Shown piece after piece: positions 52,666 through 62,955 of a stretch of DNA of 64,000 bases. The stretch comes from Nitrospirales bacterium. Its GTDB lineage: Bacteria; Nitrospirota; Nitrospiria; Nitrospirales; UBA8639. The position numbers were made by a program, and so were the translations under genes. Every line of letters begins with the position of its first letter. Position 1 is the first letter of the stretch. The stretch lies in assembly GCA_965203295.1 (NCBI GenBank), contig CBDBCZ010000019.1:2528001-2592000 (forward strand), given 5' to 3'. The notes beneath the pieces are model-generated. The model made no database searches, was not told the origin of the DNA, and worked only from the letters and a program-made list of their open reading frames with translations.

Positions 52666-53313
52666 ATGAGAAATCGTAGTCGCATTTCAACGATCAAACG
52701 TGGGAGGCAGCAACATTGGGCCTGCACTATACTCTTTGTCGGAGCCGTGGGTCTGTTATCAACAACTATCATGGTGACGTTTGCATCTGGCGGCATGCTC
52801 GACGCCAAGCCAGCAAACACGATTGACCTTTCCAAAGAAAGTGGTGATGGGGAAGGCTTAGTCATCGATCAGACAAACTGGACCTCACCACAATCATCGT
52901 TTAAATGGGTCGCAATGGCCCGAGGCTATGAGGTCCCGTGGGATTCGGTTGGACGGACCGGCTGGCTCACTGATGATGCCTATGTTAGTCCTGTTGATCC
53001 AGGGGTCTCGGAATTTTCGTCATACACGGAAGCTATTTACATCGTGTTTGCGGTCTCCGCCCTCGATGCCCCATCCCAATTTCGAGCGGCATGGTATCAC
53101 TTGCCTGACGGGAAAACCCGATCTAACAAACCTGATGGGACCGATGCTCTGTTTCTGGAGATGAATGAAAAGTCTGGATACTTAGAAATCTACCAGCCTG
53201 AGGGCGGGTGGGAAAAAGGTAAGTATTTGGTCCGTCTCTTTTTTGAAAGCCCGGGGCAAGAACTCTACGATCCCAATGTCGTTGGGATCATGGCCTTTAC
53301 CATAATCGACTAG
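52666..53313 (+). CDS. Exported hypothetical protein
   Basis: GAGGTGA RBS; signal/TM segment; beta-rich C-terminus. Confidence 0.7.
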   Translation: MRNRSRISTIKRGRQQHWACTILFVGAVGLLSTTIMVTFASGGMLDAKPANTIDLSKESGDGEGLVIDQTNWTSPQSSFKWVAMARGYEVPWDSVGRTGWLTDDAYVSPVDPGVSEFSSYTEAIYIVFAVSALDAPSQFRAAWYHLPDGKTRSNKPDGTDALFLEMNEKSGYLEIYQPEGGWEKGKYLVRLFFESPGQELYDPNVVGIMAFTIID

Positions 53314-53603
53314 CCATCTAGTGGGGAAGAACTTGCTGACCATACCAAACGACTCTTCGCGGGTCGTCCTTCCCTAAACCAGACCGGATGACAAGAGAGT
53401 CTGTCGCGAAGCATCCTTCACGATAAGAAGATTTCTTTATCAATATCCCCAAAGAACCTCATCCATTCAAGGATGAAATCCTTTACATTTCAATCTCAGC
53501 TCGTGAGATCCAGATCATCTCAACAATAGACGAAACATCGACAGGAAAAGCCCAAACCAAAGCTGACCAGATTAAAACTATTGTACCTGTAAGGCTGGAA
53601 AAT

Positions 53604-55232
53604 TTAAGAGTTTGGGCTGGTGGCAGTTTCGGAAACAGATCGGACGTGCTTCGATTGATTGGATCGTATGAGGTCTTCCAGCGTGAGGAGAGTTCCACGT
53701 CCAGAGTTGGCCTCGAGTCCGTGAGTCAAATTTTCGTCCGCGTACGTGTGACCATGCTGTTGTGTGGCACTTTGACTCAGGCTGCCTGACCATGGACGGG
53801 GATCACGGCTCCCATGCTTCTGGCTCCAGGCACTCAAACAGGCTTTGGCGATGAGTTTGTTCATCGGAGCTGGATTATAAAGCAATTTTTTGACGTTCCA
53901 GGGCGCCAAACTTAAGGGATTGTAACCCGCTGAGAGGTAGCCTTCAGACAGCAGCTTCTGTTCCAAGTCCGTATTGGGCTGAACTCCGAGGAAGAACATG
54001 AGAGGGAACACGCGATCTTCTCCAAGAATGGAGGCTACCATTTTATAGGATTCAATACTTTGGAGCAGGCTCTCTTCGGTCTCTTCCGGCGAATTGAGTG
54101 AGTAGTTCAGAATCACACGGCCTTTGAAGCCAGCCTCGCACAAGTACCGACAGCCGTCATAGAGATGTTCGAGCTTGAAACCCATGTGCAGACTGTTGAG
54201 CACTTTTTGGGATCCGGCTGTAATGGCCACTTCTAAATCTCCCACACCCGATTTGACCATGAGTTTGGCCAGATCTGGGTTGATCAGTGACGTTCGAATG
54301 TAACCAGACCATTCGATTTCTAATCCCTCGGAGATGATCCGTTCCAAGATTTCCGTACACTGGGGATAGGCCTCTTTACCCGTGATAAACTGGGCGTCGG
54401 TAAACCAAAAGCGTCGTGCTCCCCATTGGTGGTAGTACTGAGAGATATCTTTGGCCACGTTTTCGGGGGGCCGGTAACGCACACGCTTGCCTTCGATGTA
54501 CGGATAGAGACAAAAGGCGCAATCATATGGACAACCCCGTTTGCTCTGAACGCCGATACATTCCCCAACATATTCCTTGTACTGGGGAAAAATCGAGGTG
54601 AGATAGGGCAGATCCACAGTGAGTGAATCCAAAAGGGCTGGGATATGTTTGGTGCCTTTCGTGACCTTGCCATTTTCTCTGATGATAAAACGCTCATCGA
54701 CAAGTGATTCTCCGTTCAAAACCTTAAGGATGGCATCTTCCCCCTCTCCAAGAATTCCGATTGTCCCCTCGGGAAGTTTTTCGATCAGTTGATCCGCGAA
54801 TGCCGTAAACGCCCCACCACCGATCATGATGCGTGAGTGGCGAAATTCCTTACGGATCAGCCATGGGTAGGAGAGGTTCAGGCGAATATCTTGGTAATAG
54901 CGGTAAAGGTTATGCAGACCTTGGAAGGAAGCCATGATTCGCTTCAAGGGATTGCTGGCATAATAAAAATTGAATGCGTGTTCCAAGGAGGTATCGCCTT
55001 CATGGGGCGAGAAAATTTGAATGTCCCGCCAGGAAAAACACACCAGATCGGGCTTGAATGAGGCTGCGGTCTTGCGAAGAACCTTGGATCGCTCGTGCTG
55101 AGGATACAGAGAAAGGTCTAAGATGTGCTGACGAACTTCTGGACACCGACGATGAATAAAGTCAGCGAGGTACGTGATCCCTGTCGGATAAACTTTTTTA
55201 CATGGGAGAAAGACATAGAGAAGAGAATTCAT
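53604..55232 (-). CDS. Cobalamin-binding radical SAM protein (cyanobacterial Slr0320-like)
   Basis: LPC..VYP.G..YLAD, FSWRDIQI, GGGA, GEGE, KRGCPYDCAFC, WFTDAQF. Confidence 0.85.
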   Translation of the reverse strand: MNSLLYVFLPCKKVYPTGITYLADFIHRRCPEVRQHILDLSLYPQHERSKVLRKTAASFKPDLVCFSWRDIQIFSPHEGDTSLEHAFNFYYASNPLKRIMASFQGLHNLYRYYQDIRLNLSYPWLIRKEFRHSRIMIGGGAFTAFADQLIEKLPEGTIGILGEGEDAILKVLNGESLVDERFIIRENGKVTKGTKHIPALLDSLTVDLPYLTSIFPQYKEYVGECIGVQSKRGCPYDCAFCLYPYIEGKRVRYRPPENVAKDISQYYHQWGARRFWFTDAQFITGKEAYPQCTEILERIISEGLEIEWSGYIRTSLINPDLAKLMVKSGVGDLEVAITAGSQKVLNSLHMGFKLEHLYDGCRYLCEAGFKGRVILNYSLNSPEETEESLLQSIESYKMVASILGEDRVFPLMFFLGVQPNTDLEQKLLSEGYLSAGYNPLSLAPWNVKKLLYNPAPMNKLIAKACLSAWSQKHGSRDPRPWSGSLSQSATQQHGHTYADENLTHGLEANSGRGTLLTLEDLIRSNQSKHVRSVSETATSPNS

Positions 55233-55238
55233 AGCCTG

Positions 55239-56006
55239 TTACTTCACGGCCACGTGAATCGCAACAATGCCGCCGTTGTGATTGCGATATTCCACATGTC
55301 GGAATCCTGCTTGGGTGAGCAACGCGACAAGCCGTTCTTGATCGGGAAATATGCGGATGGAAGCCGGCAGGTAATGATACACATCCGTGTGATCCCGTGC
55401 GACTTTCGTTCCAATCCACGGGAGAAGGTGAAAGGAATACCAGTCATAAAGAGCTCGCAACCATCCATAAATCGGGCGCGAGAATTCCAAACAGACGAAT
55501 CGCCCCCTCAGCTTGAGTACACGGTAAATTTCTAAAAAGGCTTGCTCAATATTCCCTACATTTCTGATGCAAAACCCAGCTGTGACCGCGTCAAAAGAAT
55601 CGTCTTGAAATGTTAATCGTTCGGCATTTCCTTGAAGACAAGATATCCGGGAAGATAAATCGTTCTTATGGACTTTGACTAACCCTTCTTTCAACATGGC
55701 CAAATTCAAATCCATGGCTGCCACCACTCCATCCTGACCCATTCGCTGATCCAACAAAATCGCGAGATCCCCGGTCCCGGCACCCAAGTCCAAGACTCTT
55801 CCTCCAGACATAGATGGAACCCAGTCTGCTGCAAGGCGTTTCCATCGATGGTGTAACCCGAAACTGAGAAGGGAATTATTGAGATCGTAAAACGGAGCAA
55901 TGGCCGTGAACATCCCCTGGACAGCCTTCTCTCGAGGCGTGCCTGACCATTCCGACACGGCTTTTCCCGAAGGGGCTTCGATTGTCTTTCTCGCGGATTG
56001 TAGCAT
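55239..56006 (-). CDS. ubiE: UbiE/MenG family quinone C-methyltransferase
   Basis: MF..IA..YDL.N, LDLGAGTGD, RNV, LEFS, YL..SI..FP. Confidence 0.88.
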   Translation of the reverse strand: MLQSARKTIEAPSGKAVSEWSGTPREKAVQGMFTAIAPFYDLNNSLLSFGLHHRWKRLAADWVPSMSGGRVLDLGAGTGDLAILLDQRMGQDGVVAAMDLNLAMLKEGLVKVHKNDLSSRISCLQGNAERLTFQDDSFDAVTAGFCIRNVGNIEQAFLEIYRVLKLRGRFVCLEFSRPIYGWLRALYDWYSFHLLPWIGTKVARDHTDVYHYLPASIRIFPDQERLVALLTQAGFRHVEYRNHNGGIVAIHVAVK

Positions 56007-56230
56007 TGAAAGGAGGTAGCATTGGCCTGATTCGTTTGTCAAGGAATATGTTCCGTTCCCATTTCTCCGTAGGGCAGACGCCTTTCCGTGGGAAGTGGAG
56101 TTCTTGGAGATATTTCGTATTTCAACATTCTTGAGGCAGGGTCTGCTGGATTTGCCCACTGAGCCGCTTTGAAGCATTCAACGGTACGTCTTTGACTTCA
56201 ATCGAATGACAAGAGGGATCGTGAATGGGT

Positions 56231-57235
56231 TTAGAGAAACAAATCCTTTGTTTTTCCAAAATATTGGAAGGCCTTAGTCGTGGCCTGCCTCCCACGAGCC
56301 GTACGATCCAAATACCCGGCTTGGATAAGGAAGGGTTCATATAAATCTTCAAGCGTTGCTTTTTCTTCTTGGACGGCCGCAGCCAGCGCATCAACTCCCA
56401 CTGGTCCTCCATGAAATTTATCCAGGATGGTGAGAAGAATCTTGCGATCCATTTCATCGAATCCAGCCGAATCCACTCCTAACCACTCGAGTGCATCTTG
56501 GGCGACCTGTCGTATGATGACCCCTTCAGCTTTGACCTCGGCAAAATCTCTGACTCGCTTGATCAGTCGGTTCGCAATGCGTGGGGTCCCACGGGCACGA
56601 TAAGCAATTTCTTGGGCACCCTCTGGTTCTATGACAATGTTGAGCAACTTGGCTGATCTAGTTACGATGATGGCGAGGTCGTTTGGATCATAGAAATCTA
56701 ACCGGTACACAAGCCCGAACCGTTCTCGCAATGGTGACGTAAGGGATCCTGCCCGGGTCGTGGCGCCCACCAATGTAAAAGGAGGCAAGTCCAGTTTCAT
56801 CGTCCGTATCGAGGGACCTTGGCCAATAACCAGATCAATCTGGAAATCTTCCATGGCTGGATACAGGGCTTCCTCCACCGCTGGAGAGAGTCGATGGATT
56901 TCGTCGATAAAGAGTACATCTCGCGGTTGAAGATTCGTCAGGATCGCCGCTAAATCGCCAGCATGGGTAAGAACCAACCCTGAAGTTGGGTGAATGGTTC
57001 CTCCCATTTCCCTGGCGATGATATGGGCAATGGTTGTCTTCCCAAGACCTGGTGGGCCATAAAAAATGGCATGATCTAATGCCTCTTCACGACGGGTGGC
57101 AGCCTCCATGCAAACCCGAAGATTTTCCTTCATGCGACTCTGCCCGATGAATTCCTCCAATGATTGAGGACGGAGGGTTTTTTCGACAGCCTGATCTTCA
57201 TCCAAGAAATAATTGGTAACGAAACGATCATTCAT
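56231..57235 (-). CDS. ruvB: Holliday junction helicase
   Basis: [33 protein letters not shown]. Confidence 0.97.
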   Translation of the reverse strand: MNDRFVTNYFLDEDQAVEKTLRPQSLEEFIGQSRMKENLRVCMEAATRREEALDHAIFYGPPGLGKTTIAHIIAREMGGTIHPTSGLVLTHAGDLAAILTNLQPRDVLFIDEIHRLSPAVEEALYPAMEDFQIDLVIGQGPSIRTMKLDLPPFTLVGATTRAGSLTSPLRERFGLVYRLDFYDPNDLAIIVTRSAKLLNIVIEPEGAQEIAYRARGTPRIANRLIKRVRDFAEVKAEGVIIRQVAQDALEWLGVDSAGFDEMDRKILLTILDKFHGGPVGVDALAAAVQEEKATLEDLYEPFLIQAGYLDRTARGRQATTKAFQYFGKTKDLFL

Positions 57236-57418
57236 CGAGGGAAAATACTCCCAGAAGGAACAGGACCTATCATGAAAGGAACCTACGTGACCCCAGTACG
57301 GTTTTCAACAGGCCTTTGACGCGAAAAAGGGAAATGGAAGAGATGAGTTGGTTGAGAGGCACAGCATCCATCCCAACCTCAGCAAGATAAGATATTTGGT
57401 GAAAATGAGAGAGGGTCC

Positions 57419-57937
57419 CTACTCAAACTCGACGTTAATGTCCCGCCCTAAATAGTTCACGAGAAATCCTTGTTCTTCGTAATGGAGCATCGCTCCCATG
57501 ACGTTTTCGTCTCCGAAATCTTCAGGTCCAAGCAGTTCGCGGATTTCTTTGGAGCTTTCTGATGTGAGGACTCGTCGAAAAATCCCACGAGTTTTATACG
57601 CAAAACGATTGTTGATAAAGATCAAATTGACCTTCCCATCGATGATCCTCACTCCAGCCATCGCTCCCTGAGGGTTGAGTTGATCCCAGAGAAGAATAAA
57701 TACCCCCTCCTGCTCTACTCGCACACCGGAAATTTTCTCATTGACCAATGTTTCGACTGCGTCAATCTCCGAATCCCCCAATTTAACTCCATAGAGGGAA
57801 ACTTCCTGGCTATTAATGTCTTGGGGATTTGTAACGTTATTTCTGGTCAGTTCGTATCTTTTTCCAAAAGCTCCTCCTCCAAACAGCAGGAAGACGAGAA
57901 TGACCAGACTAAGAATCCTTAGTATTTGTCGCGGCAT
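57419..57937 (-). CDS. Exported hypothetical protein
   Basis: Signal peptide; GGAGG RBS. Confidence 0.75.
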   Translation of the reverse strand: MPRQILRILSLVILVFLLFGGGAFGKRYELTRNNVTNPQDINSQEVSLYGVKLGDSEIDAVETLVNEKISGVRVEQEGVFILLWDQLNPQGAMAGVRIIDGKVNLIFINNRFAYKTRGIFRRVLTSESSKEIRELLGPEDFGDENVMGAMLHYEEQGFLVNYLGRDINVEFE

Positions 57938-58215
57938 GGGTTCCTCCGTAATAAGGAGACGGACTCAGGCATCGTGAGTTTTCTCTGCCCTCTCGTCACC
58001 CTTTAACCTCAGTAATAGATCTTAGATTGTAACCAACCATACTACACTGGTCAAATGAGTCATCAAGAAGAAATCATGTGTTCTCAGAAAGGTGCGCTGA
58101 AGTTTTTGCTTTGACCGGTCAAGGGAATCGGTTGGTGGACGTTGTCCGGTGTTTGCCCTCTCACAAGATCCCGATCCCTCATCGCATTGAGGTGTATGAT
58201 ATAATGTTTTCCCTT

Positions 58216-60726
58216 ATGAACCACACCATTCGCATAAAAGGTGCAAGGGAGCACAATCTCAAAAATCTTGATGTCCAACTGCCGCGTGACAAATTGGTGG
58301 TAATTACGGGACTCAGTGGTTCTGGTAAATCTTCGCTAGCTTTCGATACGATTTACGCCGAGGGCCAGCGTCGTTACGTCGAATCTCTCTCTGCCTATGC
58401 TCGGCAGTTTCTTGAGCAGATGGGAAAACCCGATGTGGATTCGATTGAGGGCCTTTCCCCTGCCATTTCTATCGAACAAAAGAATACCAGCCATAACCCC
58501 CGCTCGACGGTCGGCACCGTGACAGAAATCTATGATTATCTGCGCTTGTTGTTTGCCAGAACTGGTCGACCCTTTTGTTACGCTTGTGGTGAAGCCATTA
58601 CGGCTCAAACGGTGCAACAGATGGTGGATGGGATTTTGGAATTCCCCACGGGATCTAGGATTCAAATCCTGGCTCCCATTGTTCGTGGCCGAAAAGGTGA
58701 ATATCGAAAAGAACTGGCGGATGCCCGGCGTGCGGGGTACATCCGCGCTCGTGTTGATGGGAAAATCGTTGATTTAGCCGAACCTATTACCTTGGAGAAG
58801 CATCGCAAGCATACGATTGAACTCATTGTCGATCGGCTGATCGTCAAAGTCGAGGAAGACTTGAGTCGGCGACTGGCTGATTCTATTGAAACAGCATTGA
58901 GGCTGACCCATGGATTGGTTGGGGTGTTGAAGTCAAATGATCAAACACTGTTGTTTAGTGAGAATCTCGCCTGCATTCGGTGTGGAGTCAGTTATCCAGA
59001 AATGACTCCACGAATTTTTTCCTTTAACAGCCCTCATGGAGCATGTCCTGTCTGTGATGGAATTGGATTCTCTATCGCTTCAGGATGTCCTGAAATGGAG
59101 GATTTGACCCTTTTGGAACACTGCTCCGCATGTCAGGGGAGTAGGCTCAGACCGGAGAGCCTTGCCGTGAAACTTGCGGGAAAATCCATTTCGGAAGTGA
59201 CACAACTTTCCGTCCAGGAGGCTACCGACTTTTTCGAATATTTGGACCTGACGGAACGTGAGCATGTCATCGGTGATCGAATTTTGAAGGAGGTTCGAGA
59301 ACGTCTAGATTTCTTGATGAATGTCGGGCTTGACTACTTAACATTGGACCGTGCGGCTTCAACTCTTTCGGGGGGAGAAGGACAACGAATTCGTCTTGCT
59401 ACTCAGATTGGCTCCGGACTCGTTGGCGTGTTGTATATTCTCGATGAACCGAGTATTGGCCTTCACCATCGAGACAATCGACGACTTCTCCAGACGTTGC
59501 TACGCTTACGGGATATGGGGAACACTGTCCTTGTTGTCGAACATGATGAGGACACGATACTGGAAGCTGATCACATCGTGGATATGGGACCTGGGGCAGG
59601 AATTCATGGCGGACAGATTATTGCCCAAGGGTCTCCAGCTGATATTCGATCCAACCCGGATTCCTTAACCGGTCAGTACCTTCGTCGAGTGATGCAAATC
59701 ACCCTCCCGAACCGGGTCCGGACCCCCAAAGGCTATCTCACAGTCACTGGAGCGATCAAGCATAATTTGAAAGGGATTACAGCCCGATTTCCTCTCGGGC
59801 TCTTCACCTGTGTCACTGGAGTGTCGGGATCTGGGAAAAGCTCACTCATTTTGGAGGTCCTGTTTCATTCACTCGCCCAACTCCTTTACCAAAAAAATCC
59901 CAAGATTGACGGGTGTCAGACAATCCACGGTGCAGAGGCCTTGGATAAAGTCATTGACATTGATCAATCGCCCATTGGCCGAACCCCACGCTCCAATCCT
60001 GCCACATACACAAGGCTGTTTAGTCATATTCGGGATTTGTTTTCCAATCTACCGGAATCGCGGGTTCGTGGCTATAAACCTGGTCGGTATTCTTTCAACG
60101 TGAAAGGGGGACGATGTGAAGACTGCCAAGGAGATGGTCTCATTAAGATCGAAATGCATTTTCTCCCCGACGTCTACATCACATGTGAGGTGTGTAAAGG
60201 ACAACGCTATAATCGGGAAACCTTGGATGTTCAGCACAAGGGCAAGACCATTACCGACGTGCTCAATATGACTGTTGAAGAAGCATTAGCATTTTTTACT
60301 CATATTCCCCCCATCAAAAACAAACTCCAGACTCTCTTCGATGTGGGCCTGCATTACATCAAATTAGGGCAATCAGCGACGACCCTCTCCGGCGGTGAGG
60401 CTCAGCGCGTCAAACTATCGAGGGAGCTTTCCAAACGGGCGACTGGTCGTACGCTGTATATCCTGGATGAGCCGACAACGGGTCTTCATTTCGCGGATAT
60501 TCAAAGACTCCTTGATGTTCTCAACTGTCTGGTTGAGGCTGGGAATACCGTTATCGTCATTGAGCATAACCTTGATATCATTCGAAATGCCGACTGGATT
60601 TTGGACTTAGGTCCTGAGGGAGGGATCCGGGGAGGTGAACTCGTCGAGGAAGGGGCACCTGCCGATCTGATACGTTCGGGTTCTTCTTGGACTGCAGAAG
60701 TCTTAAGAGAGAATCATCGGGGCTGA
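58216..60726 (+). CDS. uvrA: Excinuclease ABC subunit A (short form)
   Basis: [16 protein letters not shown], two LSGGE/LDEP motifs, Zn fingers. Confidence 0.96.
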   Translation: MNHTIRIKGAREHNLKNLDVQLPRDKLVVITGLSGSGKSSLAFDTIYAEGQRRYVESLSAYARQFLEQMGKPDVDSIEGLSPAISIEQKNTSHNPRSTVGTVTEIYDYLRLLFARTGRPFCYACGEAITAQTVQQMVDGILEFPTGSRIQILAPIVRGRKGEYRKELADARRAGYIRARVDGKIVDLAEPITLEKHRKHTIELIVDRLIVKVEEDLSRRLADSIETALRLTHGLVGVLKSNDQTLLFSENLACIRCGVSYPEMTPRIFSFNSPHGACPVCDGIGFSIASGCPEMEDLTLLEHCSACQGSRLRPESLAVKLAGKSISEVTQLSVQEATDFFEYLDLTEREHVIGDRILKEVRERLDFLMNVGLDYLTLDRAASTLSGGEGQRIRLATQIGSGLVGVLYILDEPSIGLHHRDNRRLLQTLLRLRDMGNTVLVVEHDEDTILEADHIVDMGPGAGIHGGQIIAQGSPADIRSNPDSLTGQYLRRVMQITLPNRVRTPKGYLTVTGAIKHNLKGITARFPLGLFTCVTGVSGSGKSSLILEVLFHSLAQLLYQKNPKIDGCQTIHGAEALDKVIDIDQSPIGRTPRSNPATYTRLFSHIRDLFSNLPESRVRGYKPGRYSFNVKGGRCEDCQGDGLIKIEMHFLPDVYITCEVCKGQRYNRETLDVQHKGKTITDVLNMTVEEALAFFTHIPPIKNKLQTLFDVGLHYIKLGQSATTLSGGEAQRVKLSRELSKRATGRTLYILDEPTTGLHFADIQRLLDVLNCLVEAGNTVIVIEHNLDIIRNADWILDLGPEGGIRGGELVEEGAPADLIRSGSSWTAEVLRENHRG

Positions 60727-60780
60727 GACCGGGAACACGGTATTTCCCTGGAAGCTTATCTTGGAAACGGTGTCTTTGTC

Positions 60781-60957
60781 CTATTTCTTTTTATAAATGT
60801 TCAACCCAATTTTCTCGTCACGCCCTGGAATCGTGATGTTCCCTTCCGTGGTCGCAATGATTGTTGTTTTACCTGAAGAAGACGGCCCGAATTCTTTGGA
60901 GAGATCCACTCGAATCGTGAGCATGGTGCCTTCTATGTTTATATCGACGTTTTTCAT
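60781..60957 (-). CDS. Small conserved hypothetical protein, 58 aa; not in the ORF track
   Basis: MKNVDINIEGTMLTIRVDLSKEFGPSSSGKTTIIATTEGNITIPGRDEKIGLNIYKKK*; AGGAG RBS. Confidence 0.8.
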   Translation of the reverse strand: MKNVDINIEGTMLTIRVDLSKEFGPSSSGKTTIIATTEGNITIPGRDEKIGLNIYKKK

Positions 60958-61089
60958 GTTTGCCTTTCTCCTTGATCCGACTCAATCGCTTTGCTTATTC
61001 GCACAACGATACATTCGTCATCACAATCCGTTCCCTTAAATCCCAATTCCTTCTAAATATGTTGACCCAACCTCTAAGGGTGAAGAACG

Positions 61090-61422
61090 TTATTGGAGAT
61101 TGACGAGGCCGAGTAAAGCGAGGGTCCCGGCCATATACGGAAGCAGACAAAAATAAAAAATGACCTTGAGGTGACTTGTCCCAATCATCGGAGCACGGGC
61201 TCGCTGCTCTTTGTAGACAAACTCATAAGAAAGGATGATCACGGCAAGCGTTAAGATGATCACTCTACTGGCTCTGGGCCAGGTATAAAGCCCACTTAAC
61301 AAAAAATCCATGGTAAAAAACCCACTCCAAAACAAGACCAGCGATGCAATGCCAGTTTGCAACACATGTGACAAGAAAGAAGGGCTGACCTTAGCCGCTT
61401 GCACCTCAGCCTCTGAACTCAT
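61090..61422 (-). CDS. Small membrane protein (about 3 TM)
   Basis: Hydrophobic helices; 4-bp overlap with the upstream Zn-finger ORF. Confidence 0.7.
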   Translation of the reverse strand: MSSEAEVQAAKVSPSFLSHVLQTGIASLVLFWSGFFTMDFLLSGLYTWPRASRVIILTLAVIILSYEFVYKEQRARAPMIGTSHLKVIFYFCLLPYMAGTLALLGLVNLQ

Positions 61423-61706
61423 GTTTTTGCCGTTGTCGTAGGATTGGCCTGATTAGGAGAAATATGTTGGCACGAGTGAAGGGTTTCGCAGTTTTTGCAG
61501 ACACGCGGGCGTCGCTTGAGAAAATGGATTTTTCCGCTGGCCAAACATGCATAATGAACAAATTTATTACAAATCGAGCAACGGGACCATCCTCCTCGGA
61601 ACATCGTGGTATCCCGGTAAAGCCCTTTTCCGCAAACTCCACACGTCTCAGGTTCAATGCCGAGCATGAGAGGCTCCCATTCACCGGCTGATTTGCGAAT
61701 ACTCAT
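61419..61706 (-). CDS. Small Cys4-His-Cys3 (PHD-like) zinc-finger protein
   Basis: C-x2-C-x17-C-x2-C-x4-H-x2-C-x15-C-x2-C. Confidence 0.65.
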   Translation of the reverse strand: MSIRKSAGEWEPLMLGIEPETCGVCGKGLYRDTTMFRGGWSRCSICNKFVHYACLASGKIHFLKRRPRVCKNCETLHSCQHISPNQANPTTTAKT

Positions 61707-61874
61707 GTTGAAAAGTATAACCAGCTCATGTGGCAAAAACAATTATCGCTTAAACAAACTGAATAAGCTCCGTTCTTGGGAGGCAGGATTGTCTGACCTA
61801 TTTGACAGCAAAAAAATGCTTTTGTTACCCTCACACCCCATTCTTCTACTGAACATAAAGGCTCGGCCTTCCCG

Positions 61875-62774
61875 GTGATTATTGAAGAGTACCTTGAACA
61901 AAAACGTCAGGAAGTTGACCGGTTTCTCGAAGCCGAGATTCCTTCCTCTGATACGCCTCCAGCCATCCTCCACGAATCCATCCGATACAGTTTACTCGGA
62001 GGAGGCAAACGAATCAGGCCTATCCTCACTATTGCCACGGCAGAAGCCGTAGGCTACCTGCCAAAGGCCCTTCTCCCTGTGGCGTCCACCTTCGAATTAA
62101 TTCATACCTACTCCTTAATTCATGATGATTTACCGGCCATGGATGATGATGACTTCCGTCGAGGGAAGCCAACCAATCATAAAAGATTTGGTGAGGCGAT
62201 CGCGATACTGGCTGGAGATGCGTTGCAAGCGATGGCCTTTGAATTCTGTAGTCGACGAGATTTCATCAATGATTTAGATCCTCAATGCCAGATCCAGATT
62301 ATTCATGAGCTCGCTTCTGGGGCTGGCCATAGAGGGATGGTTGGTGGGCAAGTTTTCGATATACAAGCTGAGAATCTCGATGTCGATCTTGTCGATCTTA
62401 ATGGCTTACAGAATATTCACTCTCATAAAACCGGTCGGCTTATCCGTGCAGCTGTTCGTGCAGGGGCCTTGGTATCCGGGGCAAGCATTGCCCAACTCGA
62501 TAGCCTGACTCATTATGCCGAGGATATTGGCCTAGCCTTTCAAATTGCCGATGATGTATTGAATGTCACAGGAACCCGGAAAGAATTAGGTAAAAACACT
62601 AATACTGATGTCCAGCGCGGCAAAAAAACCTATCCTTCATTTTATGGGGTTGACGGAGCTCGAACGTTAGGGCAGGAATGTGTTGACCGGGCCATAGAAC
62701 GATTGGAAGTTTTTGATGAGAAAGCTGAACCTTTAAGGGCCCTTGCCGCTTATATTGTGAATAGACGGAGTTAG
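61875..62774 (+). CDS. ispA: Farnesyl/geranylgeranyl diphosphate synthase
   Basis: GGKRIRP, LIHDDLPAMDDDDFRRG, FQIADD. Confidence 0.92.
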   Translation: MIIEEYLEQKRQEVDRFLEAEIPSSDTPPAILHESIRYSLLGGGKRIRPILTIATAEAVGYLPKALLPVASTFELIHTYSLIHDDLPAMDDDDFRRGKPTNHKRFGEAIAILAGDALQAMAFEFCSRRDFINDLDPQCQIQIIHELASGAGHRGMVGGQVFDIQAENLDVDLVDLNGLQNIHSHKTGRLIRAAVRAGALVSGASIAQLDSLTHYAEDIGLAFQIADDVLNVTGTRKELGKNTNTDVQRGKKTYPSFYGVDGARTLGQECVDRAIERLEVFDEKAEPLRALAAYIVNRRS

Positions 62775-62955
62775 CTTACCCCTCCTCGGTTCATCGGACC
62801 TCATCGGTTCCGTTCGCTTTCTTTCACACCCCATACTCTGTAAAACGACAGCATAGGGTTATTCCATACTACCTAGGATTTTTTTGCCTTCATGTGGTAC
62901 ATATCACCTCACGATCCTTTCGTATTTCCGATTCGCGGCATCTGAAAAGACTCTC

